From assembly GCA_963842855.1 (NCBI GenBank), contig CAWJHW010000003.1:696616-760615 (forward strand): a DNA stretch of 64,000 bases, written 5' to 3'. The notes beneath the pieces were generated by a model. The model ran no database searches. It was not told the origin of the DNA and was given only the letters and a program-made list of their open reading frames with translations. Source of the DNA: an uncultured Methylomirabilota bacterium (GTDB lineage: Bacteria; Methylomirabilota; Methylomirabilia; Methylomirabilales; 2-02-FULL-66-22). A program made the position numbers and the translations under genes. Positions 59,559 to 64,000 of the stretch are shown one piece after another (the stretch's first letter is position 1; every line of letters starts with the position of its first letter).

Positions 59559-60978
59559 TCACCACCGGCGGGATGCACTCCTCCCATGGGGCTGCGGCCT
59601 CGAACGCCGCCGCCGCGGTGAGGACCGCCGCCTCTTGCCGCCGCCGACCGACGATCTGCAGTCCGACCGGCAGGCCTCCTTGCGTGAAACCGCAGGGAAC
59701 GGAAATCGCCGGGAGGCCCGTCACACTGACGCCGTACGTGAGGAAAAACCACTGCGTGTAATTGTCCAGCGGCTTCCCGTTGATCTCGGTGGGGTACGGC
59801 TGCTCCACCGGAAATGGCGGCACCGCCACCGTCGGCAGGATCAAGAGGTCGCGTGTCTCCATGAATGTCCGCACCCGGTGCCAGAGCGCCGTGCGCAGCT
59901 TTTCTCCTCGAGCAATCTCCTGGGGCGTGAGCCGCAGGCCCTGCTCGATGTTCCAGACCAGCCCCTTCTGCATCTCACCTTTCCATTGGGCAAGCTTGTC
60001 GGCGTGCAGCGCCACCATGGAAAGCCCGCGGGTCGCCAGGACAATCTCGTTCACCTCGCTGAAGTCCGGGCAGGCGGCCTCGACCTTGGCGCCGAGCGAC
60101 CTGAAGACCCTTATGGCATCCTCCGCGACGTTGGCCACCTGCGCATCCACCGGGATCAGGCCGTTCAGATCCGGCGTCCACGCCACCCGCCAGCCTTTCA
60201 CCGACGGATTCCTGACGGCCTTCAGGAACTCCCGGGTATCTACGGCGTACGAGAGTGGCGCCATATCGTCGGGACCCGCCATTACCGAAAGCATCAACGC
60301 CGTGTCCACGACTGTCCTCGCCATGGGACCGACGACGGACAGGGAGTCCCAGGCCAACTCCTTCGGGTAATCCGGCACAAGCCCGGGCGTCGTTCGGAAG
60401 CCGACGACGCCGCAGAAGGCAGCGGGAATTCGCAACGAACCGCCAAGATCGGAGCCCTGGGCGATCGGTCCCATCCCCGTCGCCAGGGCGACGGCCGCGC
60501 CGCCGCTCGACCCGCCGCAGGTGAGGGCCAAGTTCCAGGGATTGCGGGTGGCACCGAAGACCGCGTTGAACGTGTTGGCGCCCGCGCCGAACTCGGGCGT
60601 GTTGGTTTTGCCCACCACGATGGCTCCGGCTGCCTTCAGGCGCTCCACGATCAGCGCGTCCTCCTCCGGGACATGGTGCTCGAAGATCTTCGAGCCCCAG
60701 GTCGTCCGGATGCCCTTGGTGGGCTCGAGGTCCTTGATGGAGACCGGCACACCGTGAAGCGGCGGGAGCTTCGCCCCCCGCCTGAGCGCCCTGGTCGCCG
60801 CCCGCGCCGCCTTGAGCGCAGATTCCCGCGCGATCGTCACGTAGGCGTTGACCTGGGGATTAACCTGATCAACCCGCGCCAGGACGGCCTGCGTCACCTC
60901 CAAGGGCGACACCTTCCGCGCCCGGTACAGCTTTACCAGTTCGGTTGCCGGCGTGAAGCACAGATCTCGCTCAGGCAT
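59545..60978 (-). CDS. Amidase-signature family amidase (GatA-like)
   Basis: GGSSGGAAVALATGMGPIAQGSDLGGSLRIPAAFCGVVGF. GGAGGG lies 5 nt upstream of ATG 60978. Confidence 0.85.
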   Translation of the reverse strand: MPERDLCFTPATELVKLYRARKVSPLEVTQAVLARVDQVNPQVNAYVTIARESALKAARAATRALRRGAKLPPLHGVPVSIKDLEPTKGIRTTWGSKIFEHHVPEEDALIVERLKAAGAIVVGKTNTPEFGAGANTFNAVFGATRNPWNLALTCGGSSGGAAVALATGMGPIAQGSDLGGSLRIPAAFCGVVGFRTTPGLVPDYPKELAWDSLSVVGPMARTVVDTALMLSVMAGPDDMAPLSYAVDTREFLKAVRNPSVKGWRVAWTPDLNGLIPVDAQVANVAEDAIRVFRSLGAKVEAACPDFSEVNEIVLATRGLSMVALHADKLAQWKGEMQKGLVWNIEQGLRLTPQEIARGEKLRTALWHRVRTFMETRDLLILPTVAVPPFPVEQPYPTEINGKPLDNYTQWFFLTYGVSVTGLPAISVPCGFTQGGLPVGLQIVGRRRQEAAVLTAAAAFEAAAPWEECIPPVVSGRA

Positions 60979-61303
60979 TGAAACCCTCCACGAGGTGTTG
61001 GGTCGCGGCATGCTATCACAGATTCCGAACGATTGTCACACACTGGCCGGCTTCGCGCCGCAGGCCGAACGGCGGGATGACGTATGCAGAGGAATTGCTT
61101 GACACCGGGCCTAGTGGGTCAGGGGACTAGAGAAGAGGAGGCAGTGCATCCCTTGCCGAGGGGACGTTGCTTCCTTGTTCTCTTTATCGAAAAATACATA
61201 CGATGCGACGTCCCCTGTCCAGGCGAGGCCGAGGCGCCCCTTGGCAAGAACGAAATCAATCGGTTAACTTCCAGGGGCCCTCCGGTACCTTTCTAGCTGC
61301 CGG

Positions 61304-62044
61304 CTAGGCTGCCCCGATCCAGGAGGCACGGGCCGGACGAAAGGCCGCGGCAGCCTTGAGAAATGCAAGGAAGAGAGGATGCGACGCCCCCGGATGGGAC
61401 GAAAGCTGAGGCAAGAACAGCGTGGCCACAAAGAACGGGTGACCCCGGAGTTCCACAATCCGCACCTCCCCGTTTTCATCAAGACCCGTCACCTGAAGGC
61501 CGCCGTTCTCAACTTGTTCCCGGTATTCCGGGTTCAAGCCGAAGTTACAGCGGAACTCTTCGGCAGATTCTTGGCTGCCATAGCCTCTGGCGGTGATCGT
61601 TCCCGGGAGAAGTCGCACGCTACGCCTCTGCCCTGCAACTGCGCACTCCAGGCGGCTGATCAGAAGAAGTAATGCCTCTGGCGATGTTTCCCCGTGCTCC
61701 GCGTCGGGGATTCCAAGGACGTTTCGCGCATACTCTACCAGAGTATGTTGAAACCCGCCTCACGTTGCAAAGAACGGCCGTCCGTGCTGCCTGGCGAAAG
61801 TGATACCGGCGAGGGCGCCAGTCATGCTCCGGTAGGGGCTCCCCGGTGAACACAAAACCCCGTGGAACGGACTGAGCCGTACCGGGGCCGAGTCTTGATC
61901 GAGTTCCGGTGTCGGCACCCACTGCACGTTCAACGTCAAGCCCAGCGTCGCGGCTGCATGGTGGAGCGCGGCATTCGTCGAAACGTGGGAGACAAATTGA
62001 GGATCGAAGTCGCCGATCACACCGATACCCACCGACTGTTCCAT
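61304..62044 (-). CDS. CTP-synthase-C-terminal-domain-like (class-I amidotransferase fold) protein with in-frame TGA at the nucleophile position: candidate selenoprotein
   Basis: One continuous frame: MEQSVGIGVIGDFDPQF...FARQHGRPFFAT[TGA 61762-61760]GGFQHTLVEYARNVLGIPDAEHGE...VRLLPGTITARGYG...VELRGHPFFVATLFLPQLSSHPGASHPLFLAFLKAAA. GGAGG lies 6 nt before ATG 62044. The track shows two ORFs (61760..62080, 61304..61618). Confidence 0.65.
61721..61754 (-). promoter_or_regulatory. SECIS-like stem-loop 5 nt downstream of the in-frame UGA
   Basis: mRNA reads UGA-GGCGG-GUUUC-AA-CAUACUC-[UGGUA]-GAGUAUG-CGC-GAAAC: a perfect 7-bp upper stem, a 5-bp lower stem and a G-containing 5-nt apical loop. Confidence 0.55.
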
Positions 62045-62322
62045 TGCAAGCCTCCGTCGTTTTCTCTCGAAGCAGCCCAACTGCGCTTACATGGTTTCCG
62101 CATAACACCCCTGGGTTCCTCGGGGCGGAATCGGGAGAGACCCGGCGTGCGGTTCCGGTGAGCCGGCTGACTCAAAAGCCCGAGGGCCTATTCTGTTCGG
62201 TAGGAGATCTGACGGGACGGAGCTCCCGGGGAATCGAAATAAGGCACCGGGAGGATCGAGCGGGAGCTTAGCCAAGGGGCTGACACGTGTCAACGGTAAA
62301 TGGGCCGTCGAGCAAAAGCGTC

Positions 62323-62351
62323 TTGACCGGCCTGGCGGCTGCTGGTATTGT
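62323..62351 (+). promoter_or_regulatory. Candidate sigma70-type promoter for ilvB (TTGACC-N17-TATTGT)
   Basis: Hexamers read directly. About 120 nt upstream of ATG 62473. Confidence 0.3.
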
Positions 62352-62472
62352 CCCCGTCGCCACAGTCGAGTCGGCGAGGTCCTGCTGTTCCGCGGCCGGC
62401 GCAGGAGGTGACATCTCGGGTCTCCCCCTGGGCAGTCGTGGGGGATCGAAGGAGGAAGGGCAGCATCCAATC

Positions 62473-64000
62473 ATGAAATACACCGGTGCCGAAGTCCTTT
62501 GGGAATGCGTCATCCGCGAGGGGGTGGACGTCATCTGGGGCTTTCCGGGCGGCGCCGCCCTGCCGATGTTCGACGCCCTCGGCAAATACCCGCAGATCCA
62601 CCACGTCCTGGTGCGGCACGAGCAGGCCGCCGCCCACGCGGCGGACGGCTATGCCCGCGCCACCGGCAAGGTCGGGGTCTGCGTCGCCACCTCCGGGCCG
62701 GGCGCCACCAATCTGGTCACCGGGATCGCCACAGCCATCATGGACTCCGTCCCGATCGTGGCCCTGACGGCGCAGGTCGCCGACTCGGTGATCGGCACCG
62801 ATGCCTTCCAGGAGATCAACATCACCGGCATCACCCTGCCCATCACCAAGCACAACTACCTCGTGCGGCAGGGCCGGGACCTGGCGCGGATCCTGCGCGA
62901 GGCCTTCTTCCTGGCCCGGACCGGCCGCCCGGGTCCGGTACTGGTGGACGTTCCCCGGGACATCCTCACCGCCCCCTGCGAGTTCCACTACCCGGAGCGG
63001 GTCTCACGCCCGGGCTACCGCCCGGTCGTGCGCTCCGCGCCCTACCAGATCCAGCGTGCCGCGCAATTGATCGCCGACGCCAAGCGTCCCGTGGTGCTCG
63101 CCGGACACGGCATCCACGTCGCCACGGCTTGGGAGGAGTTGCGGCTTTTCGCCGAGCGGATCAACGCCCCGGTGGTGAGCACCCTCCTCGGCCTGAGCGC
63201 ACTGTCGGCGGACCATCCCCTCTGCCTCGGCATGGCGGGGATGCACGGCGTGGCCTGGGCCAACCTGGCCGTGCAGAACGCTGACCTGCTCATCGCCCTG
63301 GGCATGCGCATGGACGATCGGTTCACCGGAAGCCTGCCGCATTTTGCGCCCCAGGCCAAGCTGCTCCACGTGGACATAGACCCCGCCGAGATCGGCAAGC
63401 GCGTCCCTGCGTACCAGCCGATGGTCGGCGACGTCCGCCTCGTCCTGGAGGCCCTGACGGCGGCGCTACCCGAGCTGGACCATCGGGACTGGCTGGCCCA
63501 GATCGAGACGTATCGCGAGCGCCATCCCCTGGAGGTCCACGGCCAGGGCCCCCTTCCCCCGCAGGAGGTCATCCGGGCACTCCACCAGGCCACGGGGGGA
63601 GACGCCATCGTCGTGAGCGACGTCGGCCAGCACCAGATGTGGGTGGCCCAATACTACCGCTTCCGGCGCCTGAACAGCTTCTTCACGTCCGGCGGCCTGG
63701 GGACAATGGGCTACTCGCTGCCGGCCTCCCTGGGTGTGCAGGTCGCCCATCCCAAGGAGCCGGTCTGGGTTGTCGTCGGCGACGGCAGCTTCCAGATGAA
63801 CCTGCAGGAGCTGGCCACCGTCACCCAGGAGCGGCTTCCCATCAAGATGGTGATCATGAACAACGGCTACCTGGGCATGGTCCGCCAGTGGCAGGAACTT
63901 TTCCACGGGGCCCGCTACATCGGCACGCCCATCACCGGCCCTGACTATGTCCAGCTCGCCGCCAGCTTCGGCATCCCGGGCCGGCGCGTGGAACGTACGG
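62473..64000 (+). CDS. ilvB: Acetolactate synthase large subunit, 5' part (runs off the window end)
   Basis: Own translation MKYTGAEVLWECVIREGVDVIWGFPGGAALPMFDALGKYPQIHHVLVRHEQAAAHAADGYARATGKVGVCVATSGPGATNLVTGIATAIMDSVPIVALT... to ...GDGSFQMNLQELATVTQERLPIKMVIMNNGYLGMVRQWQ. Same frame throughout, with no stop before 64000. Confidence 0.92.
   Translation, partial: MKYTGAEVLWECVIREGVDVIWGFPGGAALPMFDALGKYPQIHHVLVRHEQAAAHAADGYARATGKVGVCVATSGPGATNLVTGIATAIMDSVPIVALTAQVADSVIGTDAFQEINITGITLPITKHNYLVRQGRDLARILREAFFLARTGRPGPVLVDVPRDILTAPCEFHYPERVSRPGYRPVVRSAPYQIQRAAQLIADAKRPVVLAGHGIHVATAWEELRLFAERINAPVVSTLLGLSALSADHPLCLGMAGMHGVAWANLAVQNADLLIALGMRMDDRFTGSLPHFAPQAKLLHVDIDPAEIGKRVPAYQPMVGDVRLVLEALTAALPELDHRDWLAQIETYRERHPLEVHGQGPLPPQEVIRALHQATGGDAIVVSDVGQHQMWVAQYYRFRRLNSFFTSGGLGTMGYSLPASLGVQVAHPKEPVWVVVGDGSFQMNLQELATVTQERLPIKMVIMNNGYLGMVRQWQELFHGARYIGTPITGPDYVQLAASFGIPGRRVERT

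Noticed and set aside
58262-59752. 496-aa ORF for the substrate-binding protein
   Set aside because: The first 157 residues are Arg/Gly-rich nonsense that crosses an intergenic repeat and overlaps the amidase 3' end. A signal peptide with a strong AGGAGG RBS starts at 59281.
62100-62300. Possible riboswitch (cobalamin- or TPP-like) in the ilvB / selenoprotein divergent region
   Set aside because: Only vague resemblance (CCGGTGAGCCGG, GCCACAG). The core conserved boxes I remember are absent, and the functional context is implausible. This would need an Rfam scan.

Overview
GC-rich bacterial chromosomal segment, roughly two-thirds G+C by eye (not computed). About 60 protein genes, most on the minus strand, plus one tRNA-Gly(CCC). 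No rRNA, CRISPR array, transposase or integrase was recognised. All calls come from reading the six-frame track, my own translations and remembered family motifs; no database search was possible.

Gene content is housekeeping mixed with accessory functions:
- an RND efflux pair (1-2342)
- a UPF0182 membrane protein
- Moco genes (a MoaD-MoaE fusion, moaB)
- a complete co-directional Pup-proteasome cluster (pup, FmdB zinc ribbon, arc/mpa, dop, prcB, prcA, pafA; 22605 down to 15510)
- a translationally coupled GT4-PTPS-PTPS-folE pterin operon
- nth, cysE, pyk, secA, an M23 peptidase, rlpA, ilvD, the 5' part of ilvB
- an iron(III)/polyamine-type ABC importer with an amidase

A Gram-negative-type envelope (RND, RlpA, lipoproteins) combined with Pup-proteasome suggests a non-actinobacterial, Nitrospirota/Rokubacteria-like lineage. 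This is inference only.

Observations most worth follow-up:
1. A CTP-synthase-C-terminal-like amidotransferase-fold gene (61304-62044) has a single in-frame TGA exactly at the nucleophile-Cys position, followed by a SECIS-like hairpin. It is a candidate selenoprotein.
2. A ~510-bp stretch is nearly identical (1 substitution plus 1 indel) in pafA and dop. This indicates gene conversion or a chimeric assembly.
3. Many intergenic regions and gene 3' ends carry tandem degenerate 7-9-nt words, often followed by the reverse-complement words. These include a three-copy GGCAAY/RTTGCC octamer module and a CTCGGCN heptamer family.
4. Eleven apparent indels disrupt eight otherwise well-conserved genes, including four within ~410 bp of the UPF0182 gene and three in arc plus dop.
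5. Several uncharacterised loci: an Mrr-like nuclease-TPR protein, and an Fe-S / Cys-rich / winged-helix trio next to a MazG gene.
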